Counted from the first letter of the stretch, positions 24,160-38,132 are shown. The stretch: 64,000 bases of DNA from Heptranchias perlo (GCF_035084215.1 NC_090339.1:40362001-40426000), one strand, 5' to 3'. The notes: generated from the letters alone by a model not told the origin. Translations and numbers: made by a program.

Positions 24160-27020
24160 ACTAAAGGCACTTTATCTGAATGCACGAAACATTCGTAACA
24201 AGATAGATGAATGGCACAAATAGAGATAAATGGGTTTGATCTAATAGCCATTACTGAGACATGATTGCAAGGTGACTAAGGTTGGGAACTAAATATTCCA
24301 GGCTACTTGACTTTTAGAAAAGACAGACAAAATGGAAAAGGAGGGGGTGTAGCCCTGATATAAAGGATGAGATAAAGACAGTAGTGAGAAAAGATCTTGG
24401 CTCAGAACCTTAGGAAGTAGAGTCAGTATGGGTTGGGATAAGAAATATCAAAAGGCAGAAAACAGTTGTGGGAGTAGTTTATAGGCCCCCTAAAAGTAGA
24501 TATACTGTTAGACAGAGTATTAATCAAGAAATAAGAGGAGCTTGTAATAAAGGTAATGCAATAATCGTGGGGGACTTTAATCTTCATATAGTCAGGGCAA
24601 ATCAAATTGGCAAAAGTAGTTTAGAGGACGAGTTCATGCAATGCATTTGAGATAGTTTCCTACAACAATACGTTATGGAACCAACCAGGGAACAGACTAT
24701 TTTAGATCTTGTCTTGTGTAATGTGACAGGGTTAACTAGTAAACTCATAGTAAGGGATCCTCTGGGGCAGAGTGATCATAATATGATAGAATTTCTCATT
24801 GAGTTTGAAAGTGACATACTTAAATCCGAAACTAAAGTCTTAAACTTAAACAAAGCCAATTACATAGGTATGAGGAATGAGTTGGCGAAGATTGATTAGG
24901 GAATTAGATTAAAAGATATGATGGTGGATTAGCAATAGCGAACATTTAAAGAAATATTTCATAATTCTCAATGAATATACAGTCCATTAAGGAATAAAAG
25001 TCCACTGGAAAAGTGATCCATTTGTGCTTATATAAGAAGTTAAGGAAAGTATTAGATTAAAAGAAGAGGCTTATAATGTTGCCAAGAAGAGTAGTAAGCC
25101 TGAAGGTTGGGAGAGTTTTAGAAACCAGCAAAGGATGACCAAAAAATTGATACAAAGGAAGAAAATCGAATGTGAAAGTAAACTAGCAAGAAATATAAAA
25201 ACAGATTGTAAGAGCTTCTAAAAGTATGTAAAAAGGAAGAGAATAGTGAAAGTAAACATGGGTCTCTTAGAGGCTGAGACAGGAGAAATTATAATGGGGA
25301 ATGAGGAAATGGCAGAGACGTTAAACAAATATTTTGTATCTGTCTTCACAGTAGAAGACACAAAAAAAATACCAGAAATAGTGGGGAACCAAGGGGCTAA
25401 TGAGAATGAGGAACTTAAAGTAATTAACATTAATAAAGAAAAAATACTGGAGAAATTAATGGGACTAAAAGCCAACAAATCCCCTGGACCTGATGGTTTA
25501 CATCCTAGGGTTCTAAAAGAGGTGGCTGCAGAGATAGTGGATGCATTGGTTGTGGTCTTCCAAAATTCCCTAGATTCTAGAATGGTCCCAGCGGATTGGA
25601 AGGTATTCAAGAAAGGAGGGAGAGAGAAAACAGGGAACTACAGGCCAGTTAGCCTGACATCAGTAGTCAGGAAAATACTGGAAGCTATTATTAAGGACGT
25701 GTTAACGGGGCACTTAGAAAAATCATAATATGATTAGGCAGAGTCAACACGATTTTATGAAAGGGAAATCATGTTTGACAAATCTATTAGAGTTTTTTGA
25801 GGATGAAACTAGCAAGGTAGATAAAGGGAATCCAGTGGATGTAGTTTATTTGGATTTTCAAAAGGCATTCAGTAAGGTGCCACACAAAAGGTTGTTACAC
25901 AAGATAAGAGCTCATGGGGTTGGGGGTAATATATTAGCATGGATAGAGGATTGGTTAACGAACAGAAAACAGAGAGTAGGAATAAAGGGGTCACTTTCAG
26001 GTTGGCAGGCTGTAGTAACTAGTGGGGTGCCGCAAGGATCAGTGCTTGAGTCTCAGCTATTTACAAACTGTATTAATTTTGACTTAGATGAGGAGACCAA
26101 GTGTAATGAATCTAAGTTTGCTGACGATACAAAGCAAGGTTGGAAAGTAAGCTGTGAGGAGGACATTGAGTCTACAAAAGCATATAGACAGGTTAAGTGG
26201 GTGGGCAAGAAGGTGGCAGATGGAGTATAATGTGGGGAAATATGAGGTTATTTACCTTCTTAGGAAGAACAGAAAATCAGAATATTTTTTAAATGGTGAG
26301 AAATGTTGGAGTTCAAAGGGATTAGGATAATCTTGTACACGAAACACAGAAAGTTAACATGCAGGTACAGCAAGCCATTAGGAAGGCAAATGGAATGTTG
26401 GCCTTTATTGTAAGGGGATTGGAGTACAAGAGTAAGGAAGTGTTGCTGCAATTGTACAAGGCTTTGGTGAGACCACACCTGGAGTATTGTGTACAGTTTT
26501 ATTCTCCCTACTAAGGAAGGATATACTTGCCTTGCAATGAAGGTTCACTAGATTAATTCCTGGGATGAGAGTGTTGTCCTTTGAGGAGAGATTGAATAGA
26601 ATGGACCTATACTCTCTGGAGTTTAGAAGAATGAGAGGTGATCTCATTGAAACATAAGATTCTGAGAGGGCTTGACAGAGTAGATGCTCAGAGGCTGTTT
26701 CCCCTGGCTGTAGAGTTTAGAACTAGAGAGCTTGGTCTCAGGATAAGGGGTCAGCCATTTAGGACTGAGATGAGGAGATATTTCTTCACTCAGAGGGGTT
26801 GTGAATTTTTGGAATTCTCTACCCCAGAGGGCTGTGGATGCTCAGTCGTTGAGTATATTCAAGACTGAGATCGACAGATTTTTGGACTCTAAGGGAATCA
26901 AGGGATACGGGAATCAGGCGGGAAAGTGGAGTTGAGGTTGAAGATCAGCCATGATCTTATTGAATGGCGAAGCAGGCTCAAGCGGCTGCATGGCCTACTC
27001 CTGCTCCTATTTCTTATGTT
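24160..27020 (+). mobile_element. Near-complete CR1 ORF2 (APE endonuclease + RT), disabled, antisense to gab3
   Basis: Starts LKALYLNARNIRNK; includes GVVYRPP, IIVGDFN, SDHNMIEF, RT motifs and tail ttcttatgtt. Many stops and frameshifts. Confidence 0.93.
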
Positions 27021-27514
27021 TTTATAATTAAGAATCAGTTGTGGAGAGTATTATCATGATTTGATCACAAAATGTAAAGAACATTATTCTTTTTAGGAAT
27101 GAAAAAATTGTCTATTATACCCGATAAGCCTTTCCTTTTTCATAAATCAACCTCACATTCTCACCATATGCCTAAATCCCTTCTCTATTCAGAAACATAT
27201 CAATTGTCTTTTTTGAATCCATTTACTCCACCTGCTTCATTGGCCTTCGATAGTAACTTGTTCCATAACTGAATTACACTTTGGTTAAAAAACTAAGCTT
27301 CCCTTGACTTCCCTTCTTACCACTTGTTTCCTGAATTTTAGCTGGTGATGCATGTATATTCAGACACTTCACCACAGTGGACAATATCGCTGGCTCAATT
27401 AATCTATTTCTGTCAGCTTACCTGGAAAATGCCAATTCATTTCTGCATTATTACTGTGCTTTACATATTTTTCTTTCAATATCTAAACTTTCTACTAAAA
27501 CTATGATAGACAAG

Positions 27515-27781
27515 GGGGTAGAAATTGATTCTCATTACGCTCATTTTACAGGCATAATACAAGAGCAAAGAGGACCAATTTTGGGCCACACTGTCCTACG
27601 CCCCAGGGAGGCCTGATAAATGTCTGACCCGCAATGGGTCGTTTCATTTTTCATGCATCTGAGGTGGCTGCCTAAAACAGACTTGCATATGCTAATGGGG
27701 GGCTCACGCCTGATTAACAATCCTTTCCAGAAAATTTGGTTACCCTGAGCGGACATTGCATTACCAGAGGAATTCTTCCCC
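27515..27781. mobile_element. Short MITE-like element
   Basis: Termini ggggtagaaatt / gaattcttcccc resemble those of the other GGGG-ended MITEs. Confidence 0.5.
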
Positions 27782-27840
27782 ATGCTGGGCTACATTATAC
27801 CACAAGTACTGGACTATAACCACGTGTTTGTTTTTTTTAC

Positions 27841-27946
27841 CATTGCAGTATAATTTTCCTCGCTGTCCCCATCGAAAGTGCTGTAAAAGCTTCTGGCTGA
27901 ATTACATTGATTTTCTGGTGTGATGCAGTTGGCTGTACTCCACCTG
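27841..27946 (-). CDS. gab3: GAB3-like exon 8, 106 nt
   Basis: Acceptor ttttccttttttag|CAG, donor ATG|gtaaaa. Encodes RWSTANCITPENQCNSARSFYSTFDGDSEENYTAM (third YxxM); phase 2 to 0. Confidence 0.85.
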
Positions 27947-28007
27947 CTAAAAAAGGAAAAAAAGTGCGGTCAAAGATCTCAGCACAGCAAACAGCACTAA
28001 AAAATTG

Positions 28008-28145
28008 CACATAGAAGTTTAGGGTCAGGAATAGTCCATTCAGCCCCTTTAGCCAGTTCCACTATTCAATTAGGTCATGGCTGATCTGTACTTCAATGCC
28101 ATTTACCCGCCTTTGATCCATATCCCTTGATACCCTTACCTAATA
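28008..28145 (-). mobile_element. CR1 3' tail fragment
   Basis: ccattcagcccc...tcatggctgatct...atatcccttgataccctta, the reverse complement of the CR1 3' UTR. Confidence 0.7.
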
Positions 28146-29767
28146 TAGAAACATGCAAACATCAGGTTATTTTAACATTTGAATATGAATTTTGAAAGGT
28201 TTTTTTAAATCAAAAATATCATTTCTAAAATAAATTCACCAAATGATTATTCTGTAATTTAATTGCTCAGTGTGAAACTAACACAATTCCCTTCAATCCA
28301 GCCCTAGAAGGTAGCCAGAAGCGGTCGACAGCCATTTGTCATCTACACATACAGTCCAGAGAAACAAAATCAGTCAATCGTTAGACTTTGCTCCAGCTCC
28401 TCTGATGTAGCTAAGCCATACATATCAGAAGGTGCCAAGTTCAATTCCTGGTCTGTGCTGGGTTAGTTGATCTTAATTAGGGCAGTTGCTTGGGTGTTAA
28501 AATTGGCTCTTGTGCCCCAGAGCTAGAGAAGGGCCACTGACTGCAATCTGGTGAATGCCTTCTAGACATTGGGTGAGAATGGGATTGTGCTTTTTGTGAT
28601 GCCTTTCATGGTAAGATATCCTGACACCACTCACTCTCTCGGCTCACACGTAAGAATGGCCACTTTAATGAGGCACCAGAGGAGTGCTAATTCCTATGAA
28701 ACTGTACTGTACCAAAATTTGGCATTCTTTGGGAGAGAAGGAAAGAAATGTAGAAAAACTAGGAAAAATACTTTGGTTTCCTGCTTACAATGGTATAATC
28801 CAATATATGAATTTAGAATAAGGATGACAAATGTGATAAAAGCATGATACATAACCGTTACACAGTAGCATGATTTGCAAAAGACTTTCATTTTCAATGT
28901 TGATCACCCTGAATTATATAATTGTCTTTTAGATTTTTCAAATGCTGGTTGCACATCAGTAGTAAAATAGTTTCATATCTTCCACCTCCCAACCCAGCAG
29001 ATAAGGAAACTTCAGCACTGGGTAAAATAAATGTGTTTTGCGGGTCTCTCGTTTAAAAGAAAAAATATATTATGAGAGATAATATTAAACATAATACATG
29101 CTCCCCTTAATGAGTAAACAGAACTCCTTCCCCATGTAGAACAAGGTAAATCAGACCAAAAGGTCTCAGGTTTGATTTCCAATATATGCTTCTATATGGG
29201 GAGAGGTGACTTTTCTCATTGGAGAGAGCGGATATCATTTTTAATATTGCCTTGCTTATAATGAGGAACAGTTTACTAGTTTCTGCAGACCTGCAACACC
29301 ATTTTCTCAATGTCCACAAAGCTTCTTGTCTCTGGGACTGACATGCTGTGTTAGCTAATCTCAGACAGGGCAGCAGTTCAGGTACTACAGTGCCTATTGG
29401 CCGGGGAGGGGAAAAATCAGCCAGGGCTCCTGCTCCTGAATTCCATCCAATGACCACAGCTGTAAGTGGATGTGCGTGAACATCAGCCGGGAACAGAATC
29501 GAGCAGAATTGTGGTGTTGCTCGTTGTGGTTGGATAGTCTGCCGACACTCTAAGCTGAAGGTTCGGATTTTAATACTGGCAAATAAATAAGTTAAGATAA
29601 CACCAATCAGAAAATCCAGCCTTCACTGTCTGGACTTTGGCAATGTACTGGAGAGTTGCTGACGCATAAGGAACTGGACCCCGGCAAGAGTGGGTGCCTT
29701 CATGACAGGAAGGGGCAAATTGGAAGAAAGAAAACAGAAATCTGTTCATGTAAGTGAGTGTACTTAC

Positions 29768-29858
29768 AATGGCATACTTCGTGTCCTGCTGACACAAGGA
29801 TGGTTGTAGTGTCCCCTGATTGTCGAGAGGCTCGTCAGATCTAAAGGTGGCGGTTTTA
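29768..29858 (-). CDS. gab3: GAB3-like exon 7, 91 nt (not in ORF track in this frame)
   Basis: Acceptor attacag, donor TT|gtaagt. IKPPPLDLTSLSTIRGHYNHPCVSRTRSMP resembles the GAB3 PPPLDL...RTR segment; phase 1 to 2. Confidence 0.88.
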
Positions 29859-29997
29859 CTGTAATTTAAACCACAATGAGTGAGCACACAGGTTCACTAA
29901 TGCACAAAATAGTTGAAAAGACTTCTTCTGCCTTAGGAAAAATTACATTTTTTTTCTGTTTTCTTTACACTGGCAGTTTGTTACAGATTTCAGAATT

Positions 29998-30195
29998 TAG
30001 AATCATAGAATCATAGAAGTTTACAACATGGAAACAGGCCCTTCGGCCCAACATGTCCATGTCGCCCAGTTTATACCACTAAGCTAGTCCCAATTGCCTG
30101 CACTTGGCCCATATCCCTCTATACCCATCTTACCCATGTAACTGTCCAAATGCTTTTTAAAAGACAAAATTGTACCCGCCTCTACTACTGCCTAA
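29998..30195 (-). mobile_element. CR1 3' tail fragment
   Basis: (agaatcat)n followed by ggaaacaggcccttcggcccaac. Confidence 0.75.
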
Positions 30196-32724
30196 AGTTT
30201 TAAACATTCAAATTTTAAGCCTTGAAGGGATAAGCACAGGCTCAGCGCAGCACAACTTCACCTTCGGAAACCACAACCGAGATTCTCCGCTGGAGTTATG
30301 CTGGCTTCCCAGCGCAGCTCCAGCAAAATGTGCCGGAAAATGCTCCCTGCTCGCCCCTGCCACTTACGGTGGTGATGGTGGGCATACAATATGTCTGCCA
30401 ATATATTGCTAGACGTTACAAATTTCGGGTCTGCACTAGATATTCTCTTGGGTTCAGCGTCACTAGTCTCTCCCATAAGCAGACCCCATGTCCCCTATGA
30501 TGAGGAGTTTATCTTTATTGTCCAATATCTAGTCATATGATAGCATGGCCCAAGGTTCATATCAATAAAACCTCATGTTGTGTAAAATGAATACAGTAAT
30601 CTCGCACATGTCCCCATGTCTATTTCTCCTTCTGTTTGGAAGGTGGACTGATAGCAACTCATGATAGGAGACTAATTATAAACAAAGAAGTTGGTTTATT
30701 TTACATAAAATGCAGGACTGAACAAAACACAGTCTTTAGGGAAATTCAATCTAATCTCTACTGCTTCTCGTAACCTCAAAAATAACAAATTATACTGGCC
30801 TACCTTTACATTTAGAAGTCAATAATCATTCAGTTGATAGGTTCTAAATTTAGAAAGAGGGATCTCACCCCCTGTGACTGCTTCCACTCTCAGTTCGTCC
30901 ACACCTCCTATATATGAGGCTTGACCTCTGACTTTCTCTCATCCCTCCATTTCAAAGGATTAAGTCAGTTGAGTTCCCAATCAACCGTACACTTTGGCTT
31001 AGGAACATCCCCCACTTTCAACACATACATGGTCTGTTCAACTAAGGCTCTGCTGTGGTTACGTGAATGAAACCATTCCAACATATTACACCCAATTTCC
31101 CCTCTGAGATGTGTGAACAAATCTCGTTGTCTTAAACTGATGAGGTCTGTGGGAAACACCATTTGCCCAGCTGGTTCATCTTATGTGCTGAATTCTAATC
31201 CGTATTCCCAAACACTGTATATTTGGGATTTAAACTCTGCTGAATTGAATTTAACTCAATACCCATATCTTGATATGTATTATCAGAAATTTCTTGTAGG
31301 TCAAATAATCAAAAATCCTGAAACATGACAGTGAACATCCTGAAATCCCATACAAATGACAAATATGACATCTGATATATTTTCCACCATTTGCGCCATA
31401 GCAATTATGGACACAAGAGACACCTGTTCATCCCTGGCATTCAAAATTTCTATCGGCAGCAGAGCACCCCTTTAAAATATAAATAGCCAAAAGGCCAATG
31501 CAATTGATTGCAGAGTCATCAATTGCATCGGCTTAGGCACTGCTTCTCAAAATTATGACTTTTATTTAACACTGTAATCAGCAGCAGAGACTGCCAGCTA
31601 TGCTGTACGGCAGAAGGCCTCCAAAGCCTGCTGCAGCCAATCTCTGCCGCTCCCTCACTAACTACAGGTAAACTCCCTGGTGGAGGCTTGGGACTTCCAC
31701 TAGTGTGAGGTCCAAGTGGAAAATCCAGACTCAAGTTTCTAGCTCAGACAGATTGGATTAAAGTTTTATCTCTATGTAAAGATGCTCAGATGGAAAGTGT
31801 TTGGGGCAGTTACAACCCACACCTAGTAGGTACAAGGCCATAGCGCAAATGTGTACCTAATGTTGGCTGATTCAACTGATATTATTAATCAAAGAGACCT
31901 CAAAGATGTCTGGTTTGGGAAATGGAAATGTTGTACTGATGTCCCTGCCCAGTGTGAGCTTATGGCAGATCGTCAGGCACAATAGGTAAAGCTTTGCTCT
32001 GCATTTAACTTATATATTATGTTGGGTGGAAAAAAATGAAAATCCTTTCAAGTCCCAAATGCTAATATCTCACATTAATAAATAATCAAACAACAAATAA
32101 TCTCATGAATAAAAAATGTTCTGAGCAACGGTTTTACCCTCGAAATGTCTTTTCTTTTTTTAATTTGTTTATTTCGAACATTTTCAGGATTTGTTTCAAA
32201 TAATCCAATCAGTTTTTTTCCCCAAAAGTTTTTTCCCTTTTCTATTTTTATTTTCAGTATGTGCTACAGGATATTACATAATGAAAATAAAAATAGAAAA
32301 CATGTGGGTTCTCCATGGGTGGGATAGAACTCATCATTAGGGAAGTTGAAAGAGACCTGTGGGTGTTAGTAGAATAGTTTAAGCCCACCACTCCCTTACC
32401 AGGTCTCTTTAGCTGAGAAATGATTCAAACTATTGATGAACTTTGCATTATTTTTCTTGCACCATTTAGCTAGCTAATTATTAACATCCTCTGTTTTCCT
32501 ATTAGTCTCAGTCTCTTACCTAGCACTGGAAGTACATCGATGAATTTTATCTCATATCCCCTCAGTTTGAATTTTCTTCATTTACAAACGTTTAACAGGA
32601 CAGATGTACCATTACTTATGAACTAAGACGACAAGTTAAAGGTTATTAACCTGTTTGGTTTATGTTACCCAGATATTGCTAACAAAGGGCTTTACTGTCT
32701 CAGTACCAGGATTACTCGTCATTT

Positions 32725-35700
32725 AGAAGGCTGTTTCCAGTGGGGTTCCGCGGGGCTCAGTACTAGGTTCCTTGCTTTTTGTGGTATATATCAATGATTT
32801 AGACTTAAAAGTAGAGGGCATGATTAAGAAGTTTGCAGATCACAGAATCATAGAATGGTTACAGCGCAGAAGGAGGCCATTCGGCCCATCGAGCTCGTGC
32901 CAGCTCTCATGAAGAGCAATCCAGCTAGTCCCACTCCCCCACCCTTTCCCCGTAGCCCTGCAAATTTTTTCCCTTCAAGTACTTATCCAATTCCCTTTTG
33001 AAATCCAAGATTGAATCTGCCTCCACCACCCTTTCAGGCAGTCCATTCCAGCACATAACCACTTGCTGCGTAAAATAGTTTTTACTCATGTTGCCTTTGG
33101 TTCTTTTGCCAATCACCTTAAATCTGTGTCCTCTGGTGCTTGACCCTTCCGCCAACAGGAACAGTATCTCTCTATCTACTCTGTCTAGACCCCTGATGAT
33201 TTTGAACACCTTTATTAAATCTTCTCTCCACCTCCTCTACTCTAAGGAGAACAACCCCAGCTTCTCCAGTCTATCCACTTAACTGAAGTCCCTCTTCCCT
33301 GGAACCATTCTAGTAAATCTTTTCTGCATCCTCTCTAAGGCCTTCACATCCTTCCTAAAGTGCGGTGCCCAGAATTGGACACAATACTCCAGTTGTGGCC
33401 AAACCAGTGTTTTATAAAGGTTTTATAAAGGTTCATCAGACCTCCTTGCTTTTGTACTCTATGCCTCTATTTATAAAGCCCAGGATCCTGTATGCTTTTT
33501 TAACCATTTTCTCAACCTGCCCTGCAACGACCTGTGCACATATACCCCCACATCTCTCTGTTCCTGCACTTCCTTTAGGATTGTACCCTTTAGTTTATAT
33601 TGCCTCTCCTCGTTCTTCCTACCAAAATCATAGAATCATAGAAAGGTTACAGCATGGAAAGAGGCCATTCGGCTCATCGAGTCTGTGCCAGCTCAATGCA
33701 AGTGCAATCCAGCTAGTCCCACTCCCCCGCCCTTTCCCTGTAGCCCTTCAAGTTTTTTCCTTTCTAGTATTTATCCAGTTCCCTTTTGCAGGCCATGATT
33801 GAATCTGCCTCCACCACCCCCTTAGGCAGTGCATTCCATATCCTAACCACTCGCTGTGTAAAAAGTTTTTCCTCATGTCACCTTTGGTTCTTTTGCCAAT
33901 TACCTTAAATCTATGTCCTCTGGTCCTTAACCCTTCCATCAATGGGAACAGTTTCTCTCTATCTACTCTGTCTAGAACCTTCATGATTTTGAATACCTCC
34001 ATCAAATCTCCTCACAAATGTCTCTGTTCGCAGAAGAACAACCCCAGCTTCTCCAGTCTATCCACGTAATTAAAGTCCCTCATCCATGGAATCATTCTAG
34101 TAAATCTCTTCTGAACCCTCTCTAAGGCCTTCACATCTTTCCTGAAGTGTGGTGTCCAGAACTGGACACAATACTCCAGTTGTGGCTGAAACAGTGTTTT
34201 ATAAAGGTTCATCATAACTTCTACACTTTTGTCCTCTATGCCTCCATTTATAAAGCCCAGGATCCGTATGCTTTTTTAACCGCTTTCTCAACCTGTATCA
34301 CTTCGCACTTCTCTGCGCGAAATTTCATCACCCATGTATCCACCCATTTCATCAGCCTGTCTACATCCTCTTGAAGTCTATCACTATCCTCCTCACTGTT
34401 CACTACACTTCCAAGTTTTGAGTCATCTGCAAATTTTGGAATTGTGCCCTGTACACCCAAGTCCAAGTCATTAATATATATATAAAAAAAGGCAGTGGTT
34501 CTAGTACTGACACCTGGGGGAACACCACAGTATACCCTCCTCCAGTCCGAAAAACAACTGTTCACCACTACTCTCTGTTTCCTATCACTTAGCCAATTTT
34601 GTATCCATGCTGCCACTGCCCTTTTTATTCCATGGGCTTCAACTTTGCTGCCAAGCCTATTATGTGGCACTTTATCAAACGCCTTTTGGAAGTCCATATA
34701 CACCACATCAACCGCATTGCCCTCATCAGCCCTCTCTGTTACCTCATCAAAAAACTCAATCAAGTTAGTTAAGCACAATTTGCCTTTAACAAATCCATGC
34801 TGGCTTTCCTTAATTAATCCACACTTGTCCAAGTGACTGTTAATTTTGTCCCGGATTATCGTTTCTAAAAGCTTCCCCACCACTGAGGTTAAACTGATTG
34901 GCCTGTAGTTGCTGGGTTCATCCTTACACCCTTTCTCGAACAAGGGTGTAACATTTGCAATTCTCCAGTCCTCTGGCACCACCCTCATATCGAAGGATGA
35001 TTGGAAGATTATGGGCAGTACCCCCGCAATTTCCATCCTTACTTCCCTCAGCAACCTAGAATGCATCCCATCCAGACCTGGTGACTTATCTACTTTAAGT
35101 ACAGCCAGCCTTTCTGGTACCACCTCTTTATCAATTTTTTGCCCATCCAGTATCTCAACTCCCTCTTTTTTTACTGTAACTTTGGCATCAACTTCTTCCT
35201 TGGTAAAGACAGATGCAAAGTACTCATTTAGTACCTCAGCCATGCCCTCTGCCTCCATGAGTAGATCTCCTTTTTGGTCTCTAATCAGCCCCACCCCTCC
35301 TCTTACTATCCATTTACTATTTATATGCCTATAGAAGACTTTTGGATTCCCCAGATGATACAAAAATTGGCCGTGTGGTTGATAGGAGAAAAGCTGAAGA
35401 CTGCAGGAAGATATCAATGGATTGGTCAGGTGGGCAGAAAAGTGGCAAATGGAATTCAATCCGGAGAAGTGTGAGGTAATGCATTTGGGGAGGGCAAACA
35501 AGGCAAAGGAATACACAATAAATGGGAGGATACTGAGAGGTATAAAGGAACAGAGGGACCTTGGAGTGCATGTCCACAGATTCCTGAAGGTAGCAGGACA
35601 AGTAGATAAGGTGATTAAGAAGGCATATGTGATACTTTTCTTTATTAGTCATAGCATAGAATATAAGAGCAGGGGGGTTATGCTAGAACTGTATAAAACA

Positions 35701-36250
35701 CTAGTTAGGCCACAGCTTGAGTACAGTGTACAGTTCTGGTTACCACATTACAGGAAAGATGTGATTGCACTCGAGAGGGTACAGAGGAGATTTACGAGGT
35801 TGTTGCCCGGACTGGACAATTTTAGCTATGAGGAAAGATTGGATAGGCTGAGGTTGTTTTCTTTGGAACAGAGGAAGCTGAGGGGAGATTTAATTGAGGT
35901 GTACAAAATTATGAGGGGGCATGATAGAGTGGATAAGAAAGACCTTAGCAGAGAAGTCAATAACCAGGGGGCATAGATTTAAGGTAATTGGTAGAAGGAT
36001 TGAAGGGAGCTGAGGAGAATTTTTTTCACCCAGAGAGTGGTAGTGGTCTGGAACTCACTGCCTGAAAGGCTGGTAGAGGCAGAAACCCTCATCATATTGA
36101 AAAAGTACCTGGATATGCTCTTGAAGTGCCATAACCTACGAGGTTACGGACCAAGTGCTGGAAATTGGGATTAGGCCGCTAAGCTCTTTCTCAGCCGGCA
36201 CAAACATGATGGGCCAAATGGCCTCCTTCTATGCTGTAAATTTCAATGAT
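32725..36250 (+). mobile_element. CR1 LINE (element X), split at the FADD motif by minus-strand CR1s
   Basis: SGVPRGSVLG..YINDLD..IKKFA|D at 32725-32840 resumes DDTKIGRVV at 35352. cagat is duplicated; 3' tail near 36250. Confidence 0.88.
32841..35351 (-). mobile_element. CR1 LINE (element Y) containing a further CR1 3' fragment (element Z, ~33628-34294)
   Basis: Two agaatcatagaa tails (32843, 33628). Most of the 422-aa RT ORF 34248-35516 lies here. Y's sequence ccaaaa|tgtatcac is split by Z. Confidence 0.88.
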
Positions 36251-36788
36251 TACATTTACACTCTGTGGCTCCAACTACAGCCTTTCCCTCTGGGTGCTCC
36301 CAATGACTAATGCGAAGCATACAAGCGAGTTGTGAGAATATATCTTGCCCCAGACAAAATGACTTTCACATTTACATTTACACCCCCATTGTTTATAATG
36401 AAGAAGACAGTATAAAATAAAACCTCTTTCATGGTATAACTACCAACCAATAAAGTAACTTCACCTGCACCCCTATGAAAGAAAAAGGTAAGATCAACTA
36501 AAGTTCTCAAATGACTTATTACATAAACATGTTATTAAAAAATTGAATTGAGATGTAAATTTTGGGGCCTTTGGAGTCAGTCATAATCTCTTGTCTGTTC
36601 CCAAACTGTATTTCTGTCTAATTCTGTATCATTCGTCATTGTATAAAATTACTTCTGTTTGCTATTTGTAGCAACATTTTAAATGTGCTCTTCAAGCTCA
36701 TGTTTACAATTTCACTAAAATAATGAATAAACAAAATCCTACCCTATGTGTAGATATATATCATGTGCATATTAGAAATCACCCTTAC

Positions 36789-37050
36789 TCTTTCTGATTC
36801 GAGGCTTGAGGTTCCTGTTAACCGGAGGAGGTTCAAGGTCTATAGGAAGTGTAGGTAATGGACTGAGAGAAGGCAGATTGTCAGTGCTGACTGAGGGGAA
36901 GACCAGGTTAGTACAGGCTGGACTCATGGGGATGTAACCATCTGATGTGTAGTCAGCTGCAGACATTACTGGAGAGGATCCTGGATTCATAGGAACATAG
37001 CTGTCATCAGCGCTGTCCGTGGTACTACATTGCTGGCCAGGAAGCTTCTG
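36789..37050 (-). CDS. gab3: GAB3-like exon 6, 262 nt
   Basis: Encodes DSYVPM and GYIPM (PI3K p85 YxxM sites) and EPPPVNRNLKP. Acceptor ttaaag|CAG (tandem alternatives), donor A|gtaagg; phase 0 to 1. Confidence 0.92.
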
Positions 37051-37954
37051 CTTTAACAAAGAAAAATACTTGTGTTTACATAATGCTGTGTTGAAACATC
37101 CCAGAGCACCTAATGTGATGTATTACATTTTAGATTGCGGTGCAGAAGCTCACAATGGCACACACACGGTGGGTTAAATAGCCTCCTTCTGTAACATAAG
37201 TTCTATGATTTAAATAAACAGAAAGATTACGAGGTATGTTAGGCCAACTGTACAGAAACATATTGGCCCAGAAATTGGTGGCAAAATAATGACGAGTTTA
37301 ATGTGCACGTCATTACTAGTGTGTAAATTGTCCAGCAACTTGTGGCGAGGAAGAGATACCCCATGAGTTGCAAATCGCCACAAATTGCTGGACGATTTGT
37401 GCCCCTCCGCCGTTAGCCTCATAAAAATGGCAGCTCGCTGTGAACCTCCCCGTCAGTTTCAAGATATTGCTGCATTTGCGCATTAATTGGCAATTAAACT
37501 TGCCACATAAAGTTAGGGTTGGTAATTAATAATGTAATGACCCTTTCAATGATGAGATTTTTATGTTCACACAACCTCTCCAGCCCAGAAAGGGAACAAT
37601 TGAAACTGTGGAGTCTCATTCCTACAGGTAGTAAATTGTTCTTAGAGATTTTTTAAATTTAACATTTTAATTTTTTTATCTTACTTTTCTTGTCTCTTTT
37701 TTTTTCTCTCTCTTAATTCAATCTTTCGTTCCCTCTTTTTACTTCTCTTTCTGTACCTGGTTTGACCCTAATTCACCCTGTTTCCTTTTCTGTCGTTCCC
37801 CTGCTTCTTTCTCAATCCTTAAATTTTAATTGGTTAAAGAGATAGATTGTTGGTCCCATCATTCACCAAGGTCCCAGATGCCCCATTGCCCTCACTGTGC
37901 CATTATCACCTCGCACTTCCAGCAATTAGTGGCACAAAAATTTTTGGAGTTGAA

Positions 37955-38132
37955 TGCCCTCCTCCTTTAAGACGCTCCTTAAACCTATCTCTTTGACCAA
38001 GCTTTTGGTCATTTGTCCTAATATGTCTTTATGTGGCTCAGTGTCAAGTTTTGTCTGATAACGTTGCTGTGAAGTGCCTTGGAACGTTTTACAACATTAA
38101 AGGCACTAAATAAATGCAAGTTGTTGTTGTTG
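37955..38132 (+). mobile_element. L2-type 3' tail
   Basis: ctcctttaagacgctccttaaacctatctctttgaccaagctttt...taaatgcaagttgttgttgttg. Confidence 0.7.

Noticed and set aside
30649-31389. Possible solo LTR (TG...CA, minus-strand AATAAA)
   Set aside because: No matching target-site duplication and no second copy in the window; cannot be supported.
34248-35516. Longest ORF (422 aa) as a functional gene
   Set aside because: Chimeric: it starts in the antisense of CR1 X, runs through truncated CR1 Y RT and ends in Z; no endonuclease or proper start.
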